A stretch of 64,000 nucleotides of DNA, from positions 24,135,365 to 24,199,364 of the forward strand of contig NC_092678.1 of assembly GCF_964355755.1 (NCBI RefSeq), read 5' to 3'. Source of the DNA: Antedon mediterranea. Lineage: Eukaryota; Animalia; Echinodermata. The notes beneath the pieces were generated by a model, which searched no databases, was not told the DNA's origin, and was given only the letters and a program-made list of their open reading frames with translations. This document shows, piece by piece, positions 38,152-50,184 of the stretch. Every line of letters begins with the position of its first letter. Position 1 is the stretch's first letter. The translations under genes and the position numbers were made by a program.

Positions 38152-39156
38152 TTATTTCATAGGCAATGTGGCGGCTTCACTAATAGGAACGTCTTTCGTT
38201 GTTTGCGACAACTCTAGCGCCTCCATCTCGCATTCATCGTCTTCTGGTGGCGCTCCTGACACGGATGCAATAACGCCCGCCATATCGACGCCGGCGTTTA
38301 CAAACGACATCAGGTTCTTGGTGATGAAGATGGAGATGTCAACATCATGATGAAGCCACAGATATAAACGGATACCAAACAGAGGGATATCAACAAGAAA
38401 CGTCTGCACACTTGACACTACTACAACAAAGTTAACACTCTTAAACTTCTTGTATTTCTGTTGTGTCAGGATCCTTAATAAAAGCAGCGACAGGACCGGT
38501 AGTAAGTAGTTGATACAAGTGAATGCTTTGATAGTTTTATCTAATCCATACACAAGTACAAGTCTAGTGTCCTCGACGAATAGATTGTTGAGCAGGATCA
38601 AGCTATCAAGAATTCCAAACGCGGAGTGGAGCGCCACCCTGTCCAATCTGCTTTTGTAATCGCTATTCCGTTCTCGATGATGTCCATAAACGAGACATAG
38701 AAAGATCGGCCCGGACAAAGATAGGATTATTTTCAATGAAGTTGACGAATAAAATCCTTTGTCTTTCAGTCCCTCAGCAAATTCATCAAACATGATAACA
38801 ATCTTGAAGACGATAATCACTGCATACGCAAGCCATGCTGCATAAGCCAATGGTAACTCAGCCATCGCTAGTTTTACTGCTTTCTTCCAGTCAATCTTAA
38901 CACCATAATCAGTCTCATCCTTGTCTCTTTTTTCCTTTGAGAAGTGTACATATGCTTTGTAAAAACCAAAAATCCATAAAATTAAAACCAAGGAATCGCC
39001 TATGAACCAAAGCTTGCCCTCCAACGAACCTAGACGTTTGCCAGAGTTACTGCAGTAATTAATACAGAAAACATTAAGCAGAACAGCTTGTGTTATTAGC
39101 AGGATTATGCAAATGCACATTGCAGATACATCAATCAGCTTTTGATATTTTGCCAT
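38152..39156 (-). CDS. TMEM121/CECR6-family multi-pass membrane protein, single coding exon
   Basis: 334-aa ORF from MAKYQK, just after an acceptor at ~39164. Several hydrophobic segments. Motifs LAYAAWLAY, ILDSLILL and VDIPLFGIRLYLW..SIFITKN resemble the TMEM121 family. Confidence 0.7.
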   Translation of the reverse strand: MAKYQKLIDVSAMCICIILLITQAVLLNVFCINYCSNSGKRLGSLEGKLWFIGDSLVLILWIFGFYKAYVHFSKEKRDKDETDYGVKIDWKKAVKLAMAELPLAYAAWLAYAVIIVFKIVIMFDEFAEGLKDKGFYSSTSLKIILSLSGPIFLCLVYGHHRERNSDYKSRLDRVALHSAFGILDSLILLNNLFVEDTRLVLVYGLDKTIKAFTCINYLLPVLSLLLLRILTQQKYKKFKSVNFVVVVSSVQTFLVDIPLFGIRLYLWLHHDVDISIFITKNLMSFVNAGVDMAGVIASVSGAPPEDDECEMEALELSQTTKDVPISEAATLPMK

Positions 39157-39679
39157 GGTGATCCTGACAGAAAACAAATAGAGTTTTAATTTATTAATTA
39201 CCATCAAAATTAATAATTGAATTATTTTGATAAATCATTATTATATTAATACGGTAATAATTAATATAATAATAATAATATATTATTAAATTATGTTAGT
39301 TATTGTATAAATCACGATTCCTCAACATCATCTACTAGCTAGACTAGTAGTACTAGTAGTAGTTTTCATTATCATGGATTGGGATTAGCATAGCTTAGCT
39401 GCTACCTACCTACCTACCCACCCTAGGGCTCTAGGGGCCACCACCTATCTACAGTATTATGTTACTGTTAAACTAATAAAAATAAAATTTATATTATGAA
39501 ATAGGGCTAGGCCTAGCTAGGCCTAGGCCTAGCATAGGCCTAGTTTGTATGTAATATTTTATGTTTTTAAATTATAATTCACATTTTGTTATAATCTAGA
39601 CAAGTAGAACAACATGAAGTCAATACATCATTTTTCTAATAAGAAATATAGTTTGTATTTAGAAAGAAAAACTCACAAT

Positions 39680-40245
39680 TCAAAGGAGAAATCTGGGCTT
39701 GGCCAGCAAAGAATGTGTTGTTGTTTTGAATTACCCTTTGACTTTTGACCTAATTAAAACACGTCAAACAGTTAAGCCAATCGAAATACATTATTGTTAG
39801 TCAAGGCAATTTTATTGGTTAGATGTAAATTATCTAACAGCGCTCTCTAACAGATTGAAAATGGTCGTCTGATTGTTTCGTATACCTTTTTTCGTTTTTG
39901 GGCTTACATTTTTAATCAACAGGACGCCTGGTGTGTACATACTTTAAACTGTTATTTATGTGTATCAACCACTGGTGCATACAGGTGATGTTATGGTGTA
40001 CTGTCATTCTGAAATTGGCGGGTAAACGTTTTTGACAGTTGCAATTCAGGTACAGCCAGGACCAGTCACGCCAGGCTGCTCTTTTTTGGTTACCCTGGAT
40101 CTGGTTGCAACGCAGAGGCAGCAGCCAGCGCGGCAGGTGTAGGCCTAGTAGTAGACGTCTGAACCACCCGGCCTAGGCTGAAGTGCTGCTAGCAAAACGT
40201 GTTTATCTTTGGACCAGCTAGCTGGAAGGCAGTTTGTAATTCAGT
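39680..40245. promoter_or_regulatory. Bidirectional promoter / 5'UTRs of the TMEM121-like and MKRN2-like genes
   Basis: Divergent genes. Minus-strand donor (actcac) at ~39675, CCAAT boxes at ~39777 and ~39814, and an E2F-like TTGGCGGG at ~40014. Confidence 0.5.
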
Positions 40246-43200
40246 ATGGCTACTGCTGTTGGCATAAACTACAGAAAAATTCCTTGTCGGTAAGAAAGAA
40301 AAATAATATTATTATTAATAATAAAATAATAATAATAGGCCTCTAGGCCCTAGGCCTAGGCCTTATATTAATTATTAATATATTTAACTCAATTTTGACT
40401 TGTTCTGTGTGAAGAGGCTTAGCTAAGGCCTATATTGTATGTATAAATAAAGGCCTAAACTAGGCATACGTCTCTAGTGTATTTGTTATGCGCGATTTGA
40501 ACGATTTGCGCAATTTAAAATTGCGCAAAAAAATCCTTGCGCAATTTGAAATTGCGCAAAGAATTCTTGCGCAATTTAAAATTGCGCAAGGATTTTTTTG
40601 CGCAATTTCAAATTGCGCAATCAACTTGCGCAATTTCAAATTGCGCAAGAAAATCTTTGCGCGATTTTAAATTGCGCTGCACAATTTGTAAATTGCGCAA
40701 GATAGTTCTTGCGCAATATGACACCTTTGCGCAATTTGAAAACGAACTGTAAATTTTCCCATACATGGCTAGGCCTAGGCAGAGGAGTTTAAAATTTAGT
40801 ATTTTATTATATAAATAAGACCATTTCAATGAAGATAATGTTTAATACTCACTTTTTAAGTTTTTAATATTAGTTTAATACGCTAGGCCATGTAACCTAG
40901 TCAGTATCAGTAGTCCAGACCCTAGCTAGGCTAGAGTAGTATAGCCGACCGCCCGCGCCGCGCCCGCCTGGTGGAACACCACCGCTTCGTTTTCCTTCGT
41001 CGGTTCTTCGACGGTATGCTAACTTATAACAATATTTGCACTACTAAAATAAGGAAATGCGATATTTATCTTTAATTTTGAATCATTCTTAGAAATTACT
41101 ATATAAATATGGGTGTGCATGATTTCACAATCTGTCGAAAAACCTTGCGCAATTTGCAGATTACTTGCGCAATTTAATACGTTGCTTGCGCAATTTGAAA
41201 CACATGTTTCAATTCAAATTGCGCAAGGATTTTTTTTGCGCAATTTCAAATTGCGCAAATCGTTCAAATCGCGCATAACATATTTATTAGTTTACTAAAT
41301 AAGGTAGGCTAGAGGCTATGTATGTCTAATTTATTTTTTTCTACAGAAAATGTAGATCTTGCTTTAAATAAACAAAGTGTGAATGTCTTGTTGATTTTCC
41401 GATTTATTTGCTTTCGTTAGAAAATTGATTACATTTTTTTTATTATTTAAGAAAGCCATGGTTTTCTATACACAGACATCACTCAGAATTAACAATTGCA
41501 TTGTGCGTTCATTCATAAATAAACTATTATTGAAGAACATCCTGTGAAATTGTAAATTTGTTCAGTCACATTAAGTTAAAATAAACATCAATTCATAGAA
41601 ATAAACATAATTTATTAAACAAATATTATGCACTTGTCAATTGTATGACCCACTATACGACCCCCGGGAGAGGTGTGTCATGGGTGCGTCATTTAAAAAT
41701 AATTACTGACACAGGGGTGCGTCAAAAAACCTAGATGGTACGTCACATCAATGAACAAGGTGTGTCAATGTCCGTCACTTTACCACCCACCATATCATAA
41801 ACAACATGGTCACAGTGCGTCAAAATGGGTACGTCATGGTCACCTAAAGGTAAGTCACCTTTTTGACGCACGTGTGCGTCATGGTATTCAAAAGTATGAC
41901 GCACATCGGACAAATGACGCACCTCTCCCGGGGTCGTATAGTGGGTCATACAATTGACAAGTGCATTACTAACTATCTAATATAATTTATAATAAATAGG
42001 CCTAAATATCATTTTCTTTCAGGTTTACTTTATCAACTCGATCCCAAAATATAAACTTTTGAAAACTCTAATAAAAAAATGTCCCTTACTTTCTAAAAAC
42101 CAGACAAAGAAAAAAAGATTTGATGATGATGTGCCTAATGGTAGTGATATTCCCAAAAATTGTAGTATATGACATCATCATATCCATATAATGGTAACAT
42201 CACATTTGTTGTCACATAAAATTTGATAGTGTAGACAGAGCTTTACTGTCAATCTCTATAATATTGATTTGTAGGTTCTTTTTAAATGGTAAATGTAATC
42301 ATGGATCCAACTGTAAATATTCACATGACACATCCAACAAGCCGTCTACTGTCTGTGTATACTTCTTAGAAGGCAGATGTATGTATGGAGATAAGTGCAG
42401 GTATTGTTAATTCATTCATTCATCATTTATAACTGTTCTTTCTCTCAATATTTTCTTTCTCCCTCTTCCTCCAGTGAACATTCTGGCCAGTGTAAAACAA
42501 ATTGGAATTGGAAACTGTGTTTTCATTCAACTTCAGATTTATCAGCAATAATCCCTAATAAAAATGTTATTAATGAAAATATTCCCTGTTTTCCACTAAA
42601 TTTGTATGATGTTGAAATAAGTTGAGGCTGAATTTCAGCCTTTTTAACCACCTCACCGTTGCACCACCTCAATTTAATGATGTGGCATAAGAGGCTGGTA
42701 GATCGTATCAGACCCCTCCCTCTAATTACAAGTCATCCACTTTCATTTTGACCTAGCACCATTATTTTCAACTCTATATTTACTCTTCACTTCACCAAAT
42801 AGGTTTGATCATGACATTGAACTGGCATCAACTTTCCATATGCCACCATCAACATCAAAGCTGGATGATAAGTCCTCTAAGATGACCATATTAAGTAAAA
42901 AGGGAGAGGGCAGCAGTACAAAAGAAGCAGAGAATGTGTCATCATTGTTTAGCTCAATGAAGATGGAAGATTATATAGGAGCGGCGGAGTTTGTACCAGG
43001 CATGCCATACCAAGGCAATGGTAAATGTAGATAAAGCTAATGTTTAACAATTGATATTTTGTTACTGTATTAATATTAATATTAAAAAAATTGAATGAAT
43101 ACAGAAATCTAGAAGGACAAAAAATGGAATAAAATCAATCAAAACAAGCCACAAACTAAACAGAATGCAAAACAAGTTTCATACTTTTACTTACAGTGGA

Positions 43201-45433
43201 CAATTTCAATTTGGTATCTAATAATAATATACGAGTTCTTGTATAGCGCCGAATTCCAACGAATGTATCATGGCGCTGTGGACTCGGATGTTACACTTTG
43301 TAACTACTGTAGTTTCTACACTACATGTTTCTCCCTAAGGGTCAGTGCAGCCACTTTAAGGCCTCTCTCATCTGTTCATGACACACTCGCTGTCAACTAA
43401 CTACTATTTGATTCTCATGAATATTTGCCATTCTTGTTTTTGTAGTTCCCCCATCATACAGTGCTGCAGCCTCTTCTGGTGTTGATGTCAATTCTAAAGT
43501 TGTTTACCTTGACAAGTCTGTGGCTATTAAGGAATTCAAACAACTTCTATGCCCATTTCTATTACAAGGGTATTGTCCAGATAATGACATGTGCCCATAT
43601 ACACATGGAGATCTATGCGAGTATTGCCGACAACCATGCCTACATCCGGATCAACCAGATCTCAATAAAGAGCATATTAAGGTAACACCATTTGATGTTA
43701 TCATGTTCACCTCATGGCCAATGAGATTTTACCTCTATCAAATGACGTTGAAATTAAATGAAATTTAAACCTTTTTTTTAATGAAAAAATGTCTTGTTTT
43801 GTAGGAACAATCTTCTTCTTATCCATATACCATATAGTGTAATATTTCTATGCCTTAACAATCTTGTTAATACCGGTTTCTTTTACAATAGGATTGTATT
43901 GCTGGCCATGAAGAAGAAATGGAAAAGGCGTTTGCATTTCAGCGCAGTAAGGACGTAGTGTGTGGTATATGCATGGAAATCATACTAGAAAAAACAAACG
44001 CAAAAGAAAGAAAGTTTGGTATATTGTCTGACTGTAAACACCCGTATTGTCTAAGTTGTATAAGAAAATGGAGAAGTGCGAAACACTATGAGAAGAAGGT
44101 GGTCAGGTGAGTGTCAGTTGGGCTGTTTGTCCTATGATTAGAATCAAACATTTTGGTCTCAAAACACTGATATTCATTGTTCAGAACATTAGCTTAAGAG
44201 CTATGTCTACACTATCAAAGTTTATGTGACAAAAAATGTGATGTGCCCATATATGGTAGTGATATGCTCAAATATGGTAGTGATATGACATCATCATCTC
44301 CATATATGGGCACATCACATTCTTTTGTCACATTTGATAGTGTAGACAGAGCTTTAGTTTACTCATTAATGAATGTTATCTGTAGTTAACCTTTGGTTTG
44401 GTAAACATGTCTTGATAGTTGCTTTGTATGCATTACAGTTTACTGTATATTGATATAACAATAATGGTTGATTCGTTTATAACCTAATGCTTATAAGTAA
44501 GATCTCAGTGCACTGTACATAATTGAAGTAAATAAACAGGAAATCGACAATATATATGAATAAATGAAAAAGGTTGTTGGAAAGTCTTCACCTGGATCTT
44601 AAAGAGTTCGTTATTAGCACACTGTCAAATTGATATTGCACACTGTTGGGACTGCCACAGCAAAAGTTCTCCAACCATAGGTTGAAAACATGCTCTTTGA
44701 AGTTTAATCTAATTTTATTTCTTATTATCTTTCCTCTTTCAGAGGCTGTCCAACGTGTAGAATCTCATCTAATTTTGTAACTCCAAGTGATTATTGGGTA
44801 GAAGATCCTGAAGAGAAAAAGAAAATTATTGACAAGTATAAGTCTGTTTTAGGGTAAGTTTAAGAAATGAGGCTGTTACTATGTTCTTGTTTGCCATTTC
44901 TGTTTTTTCAAATTTAATTTAAAATTTCATTTATTTTTATTTATAACAGAAATAAACATTGCAAGTACTTCAACAAGGGAAAGGGAAGCTGTCCATTCAG
45001 TGGCAATTGTTTCTACTTGCACGAATACGAAGATGGCAGGAAAGAGGATCCTGCGACAGCCGCGAGACGTGGCCGCAATAACCACGGTAGCAGAGTCCTT
45101 GATACGATCAGCTTGTGGGATTTCTTGGAAGAACGCGAGAACATGTTGTTCGACTGGGAGAGTGAAGACGACGACCTTTGGTTTTTGTATTACGGTTGGT
45201 CGGATGATTATTACGACACTAGCGATTACGACGATGATTTCAGTGATTATGTCGGTATTGGGTTTAGCGAGAGTGACGATGATGAAGACAATGATGACGC
45301 TCTGTTTCAACAATTCACGAACGCAACAGCGGCGGCGTTAATTGCTTCTACCGTGGCTAATGATAAGTCCAGCACCGCAGCTCAGCAAGTCGACGATGGC
45401 TCATTCGGAGACGATGAGGACGGTCTTGTGTAA
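40246..45433 (+). CDS. MKRN2: Makorin RING E3 ubiquitin ligase, MKRN2-like
   Basis: Exons ~40246-40289, 42275-42400, 42803-43020, 43446-43681, 43892-44106, 44743-44852, 44950-45433. CCCH fingers, AAEFVPG PAM2-like motif, [39 protein letters not shown] and MEKAFAFQ favour MKRN2 over MKRN1. Confidence 0.85.
40484..41280. mobile_element. Non-autonomous TIR element, Ginger-like, with TTGCGCAA arrays
   Basis: ~65-bp TIRs TGTTATGCGCGATTTGAACGATTTGCGCAA.. / ..TTGCGCAAATCGTTCAAATCGCGCATAACA. 4-bp TSD TATT and TGT..ACA ends. Confidence 0.75.
41629..41965. mobile_element. MITE with ~45-bp TIRs (PIF/Harbinger-like)
   Basis: TGCACTTGTCAATTGTATGACCCACTATACGACCCC.. and its reverse complement. TTA on both flanks. 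Confidence 0.85.
43219..43392 (-). mobile_element. SINE or LINE 3' fragment with an L2-type tail
   Basis: The minus strand ends agcgccatga..ggcgctatacaag..tattattatta, like the 3' end of the LINE at 23560-23630. Confidence 0.55.
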
Positions 45434-46269
45434 TTTGCTATATAACCTAGCTGTGTTTAATCTTCAACTTTCACATATATAAAGTTTTGTCCTTAAAAAA
45501 GAAAATTTAAAAAAAGATACTATGTATTTCAAGTATAAAGTTAGTGTAGCTAAAATCAGAAATTAAATTCGTCGAGAATAATAATTAAAAATACTTTGTC
45601 TGTAAGTGGGAATTCAAGAAATGTCATAGTTCACCAGGTCGTATCACAGTTGAGTAAAAAAATATTTAAAATTGATAGTACTTATTTCCCATTTGAATCC
45701 CATGCGTTTAAAGCTATCACGTGTTATCGTTTAGAAAAAAACTGGTTCCGAATTTATCACGCATTATTCTAGCTACGTTATAGTAATTTATCACGCATTA
45801 TTCTAGCTACGTTATAGTAATTTTGAAAAAAACACTGTTATTTATTCAATAAAAGTTTTGCTAGAAATGTTCAAATTATACCAAATATATAATCTTAGTT
45901 AATAACTCTAACTTGTAAATATTTTTTTCCAACAAATTTTAAAATTCTTTGCCGTTTGTGTTTAAACTGCAATGCATCGACTGCTGCTTATGTTGGTAGC
46001 TTTACTTTTAACTGCTGTAGAATTTCACCATTACTTGTAAGATAACAGACTGATCTTGCCAAATTATAGAACATATATTTTTTGTAATTCTATGTTAACA
46101 AAGACTAATTTGATTTAGAATCCGTGGTGATTAAAACATGTTTTAATCATTTGTAGTGTAAGAATATTCTGTAAAAGCAATAGGCCGTATTTGGATTCTA
46201 CACTGTTGTGTATAAATATCACACATTTGTTGTAGAACAATGACTGCCATAAAAAACTTAATTTTCTAA

Positions 46270-46470
46270 CATATTATATTTTACCCATCAGAAATTAATC
46301 TTAAAAAATCATTTTCAAACTTATTATTTTGAATTATTATATTTTATCCATCAGAAATTAATCTTAAAAAATCATTTTCAAACTTATTATTTTAAATTAT
46401 TTTTTATTCATCAAAAATTAATCTTAAACAATAATTTTCTAACTTATTATTTTGAATTATTATATTTTAT
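46270..46470. repeat. ~59-bp AT-rich tandem repeat, ~3.5 copies
   Basis: catcagaaattaatcttaaaaaatcattttcaaacttattatttt recurs. Confidence 0.8.
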
Positions 46471-47929
46471 CCTAAAAATCTTAAACTGTATTATTTTTAG
46501 TTGCCAAACCATCATATTTTCAAAATCATTATTTTTTTTAGATAGAATTAAGTATTATTTTATCTACTGATTCTATTTACTGATTAGCTATTTGCATAAC
46601 ATGTGGTCCATTAAGGTGTACTTTTACTATTAGGAAATGTATAAAAATTGATGTTGCATGATAAACAAATACAAGTATTGTCCGTATATACTCAGGATAA
46701 AAACGACAGTTACACTACCTACAAAAAATATCTAATTTATTTTTTATATAAATACTTTGTTAAATAATAACAGTCATGTGTGTTTAGTACTACTATGTTA
46801 TTTAAGAAAATTTCAAATTAAATAATTAGAAATATCTGATTAGGAATTGTTCGTTAGAACCTTGTTTCATACATGTCTGCTCCAGTTACTGCAGTAACAC
46901 AAGCTCTAACCTACATTATTCAGTATATATGCACAAACTGTAGGAATTCCTCTATACTATGGTTAGGGAGTTGTAATTAGATTTACCCTCCCTAATATGA
47001 GGTTATGATTACTACTGTACTAGTATTGGAACCTGGGTTAGCTACAAATAATTAACTAATTCATCGGAAAAAATGTGAAAATATTTATTTGTACTATATA
47101 GTATTTTGATTAGTGTTATTATTAAATTTGTTGATTAGCTATTGTAATTATTGAGATAAAAAAAAATTAAGTAAAATATTGAATTGTTTTTAATATTGTA
47201 ATCCATGAATGCATACATGTATAATGAATTCAACAAATTAATAACAAAAACTTGTTATTGTTTGTGATTCTATATAAAAGGTACTAATTTGATATATTTA
47301 CATATTTAACAGTATTTTTTATAATGATTTCTCTTTATGCTTATATAGTCGTATAGTAGAAAATTATTATATTATTAACAATTTTCCATACAATTATTTT
47401 TCTCTATTTAAATAACAAGAAATTATTTTCCTGCATAAATTATTTCTTTGTATATAATAATATAATTTATACATCTTTAATAACGATATTTTCATAATTA
47501 GAATGCATTAATATAATAAAATGTTTTAATAAAATGCAACTTGTATTTAAATTGACAGTATTGCTGTTTTAACCAGGAAATTAATAATTTATAATTATGC
47601 ACGTACAAATGTTAGAAACACGTTGTTTGTTTCAGCCAGCAATCTGATCTCAAGCTTTGTAGGATATGAATAAATACAAATTATCCTAATGTATGTTAAT
47701 GATAGTTTAAACTTTTTTTTTCAATAATCTATAAAATTACTTGATTTCAAATGTAAATACCCAGAATGTACCAAAAATAGATTATTATACATATTGTTTT
47801 TATGAGTTTTTAAGAATTTAGTTTGTAGTGATATGATTGGTGGTTAAGATGATTGTCTTACAATCCTGTGGTCCTGGATCTTGCAGTGTACCAGAATTGT
47901 TGTTATGACCAAAACAACAACAAAGCGTG

Positions 47930-48078
47930 GTCTTTGTTTTCACCCTGTTATTGGCAAGTTAACTTAGTCTTTGTTTTCACCCTGTTATTGGCAAGTTAAC
48001 TTAGTCTTTGTTTTCACCCTGTTATTGGCAAGTTAACTTAGTCTTTGTTTTCACCCTGTTATTGGCAAGTTAACTTAA
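47930..48078. repeat. 37-bp tandem repeat x4
   Basis: Unit gtctttgttttcaccctgttattggcaagttaactta. Confidence 0.92.
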
Positions 48079-50184
48079 GCCTATTTTATGTATACTGTTA
48101 TATTATATATAGCTTTATAGTGCAAAATGTATGTGTTGGGTTCAACCATGTTGTCCTAACACATCCTAACATCACCTTATTATTCATTATTATATATACT
48201 GACCTCGTAATTGATACAATATACAGCTTCTATTCTGCTACCATTCTTTGCATAGTATAATGGTATATACTGTAATTTGAATGAGGTGATTTGATAATAT
48301 TATTGTAGATTAATTTAATTTGTAATATTATTATAGGGGTGGCGGGGGTTGTAGGGGGTTTGCCTCCCTCTACTACTGCAATTAAAAGTACATCCCATAA
48401 AAACTGTTACATTATTTGCTTAGTTTATTTACATTTTATTACTATATTGCATATTCAAATAATCACAGTGTTAACAATACAGTACAAACATTGCTTTTAT
48501 TGTTATTTTTAAAAATATTATATGATTAACTCCAAATAGAGAGGCAGAACGCATAGTGACAATTCAACGTTTCATTCTGATTATTGTAAATGAAATAAAT
48601 TGAGATGTTAAATTCTCAAAATGTGTTTTGTTTCTCTAGATTTTAAGTTACCCTCGTTTTATTTCATCTGAAATTATTTGTTAAATCCTCTGATATTTGT
48701 CAAAGTAATCTTATATTTACAGTATTCAGTTACCTCCATATTTTGTCCGTGTTTAGTTAATAAGATACTGTAGGTAAGTTTACTATTTTTTTCCACAAGT
48801 TATCACATTTTTAAGCTTTCATTTTATTAGTGAAATATCTGTGTCAGTCTAACTGCAATACACGTGCAATCATAGAGTATACATTCAAGTTTGTCTATTA
48901 AGTTCATTTCTTCAGTAGTCCGTTGTATAGTATGTTAATACATTGTCTGCCGCAACCCTCATGCTTTATTTTTTTTAGGGTTAAAGGTTAAAAAATTTGA
49001 TAATTAGTTCTTTGCAGATATAGTTGAAAATAATCAGAAGTTTTGAGCCAATAAATAAATGGTTGTTGTTAAATTTATTCAGTTTTTTTCTTTCATTTGT
49101 GTCGCTTGTGTATGTGATGTGCCTGTATGTTATTTATAAAAACATCGGGTATTTTCTTTAGATAACAAAAGTGAGTCAAGTATGGATTAAGTGGCTTTGA
49201 ATTAAAATGGAGATTCCCATTGATGCAGGTCCTAACTGTTAACAATTTAATAAGAATAAATATTGAAATTTTAAATTGAAACATAGTTATAATAAAATAA
49301 TGGATAATATATTTGTCGTTTTTAAATATTTATTTATATAAATTTTAGGACTACAGTAATTGCATCTACGGTTTCTTCATTTGCTTTTTTTTTTTTTGCT
49401 TTTTATTTCATTGAAATTATTTATAGAAATTATACATAAATACACTCGGCTATTTATTAAAAATGAATTTACACGTCACTAGTCTGCAGTGTTGACGCAT
49501 GCGTAGAGTAGTGATTGCGTGACGATGAGGAATGAACAACAGACAGTTTTGTGACAGGCCTAGCTAAAACGGAGGAGAATAATACCTTAAAAATTGTCTA
49601 TTTGTTAAATTTTAATATTCAGGTAGATAAGTATTGTTTACTTGTTTATGTAGTATTTTAGGGTGTGCTTAGTTTTTAATTAAACAACTTCTATAGACGT
49701 TGTTTTTGCTTTCTAATAAGTCTGACTGTGCTAGCTAGCTAGCCTACTAGCTAGAGGAGCCTAGCTAGGCCTATTATAAGCACTTAGCAATTACTGGAGT
49801 GGGGCCTCGCCTGTGGTGGTGGTGCTGGTGGTGGCTGAGCGATGTGGTTAACCATTCTCCTAGCCTAGGCGTAAGGTGTTTAGTCAGTCATTCATAATAA
49901 TAATAATATATAACACCTTTGTTTGTTAGATTATTTTTCTATCTATCTAGCGCAGTATTGTTGACCATGCATAAATATTAATCATTAATAATAAATGTGC
50001 CAAGTTTTCTATCTGCAGACAGACAGAGGGTCATTCTAGAAAACACGGCATTAAATGTACTGTGTGCAGTAGACCATGCCGATACAATAGCAAACAAAAT
50101 GATTTTATTTTATTTTTATCCATAGAATTAACAGATAAAATCGATGTGGATATAGTAGAAACAGTTTAAGAGGGCGCTGTAACA

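Noticed and set aside
40460-41957. Short ORFs in MKRN2 intron 1
   Set aside because: They are translations of inverted-repeat elements with no protein homology.
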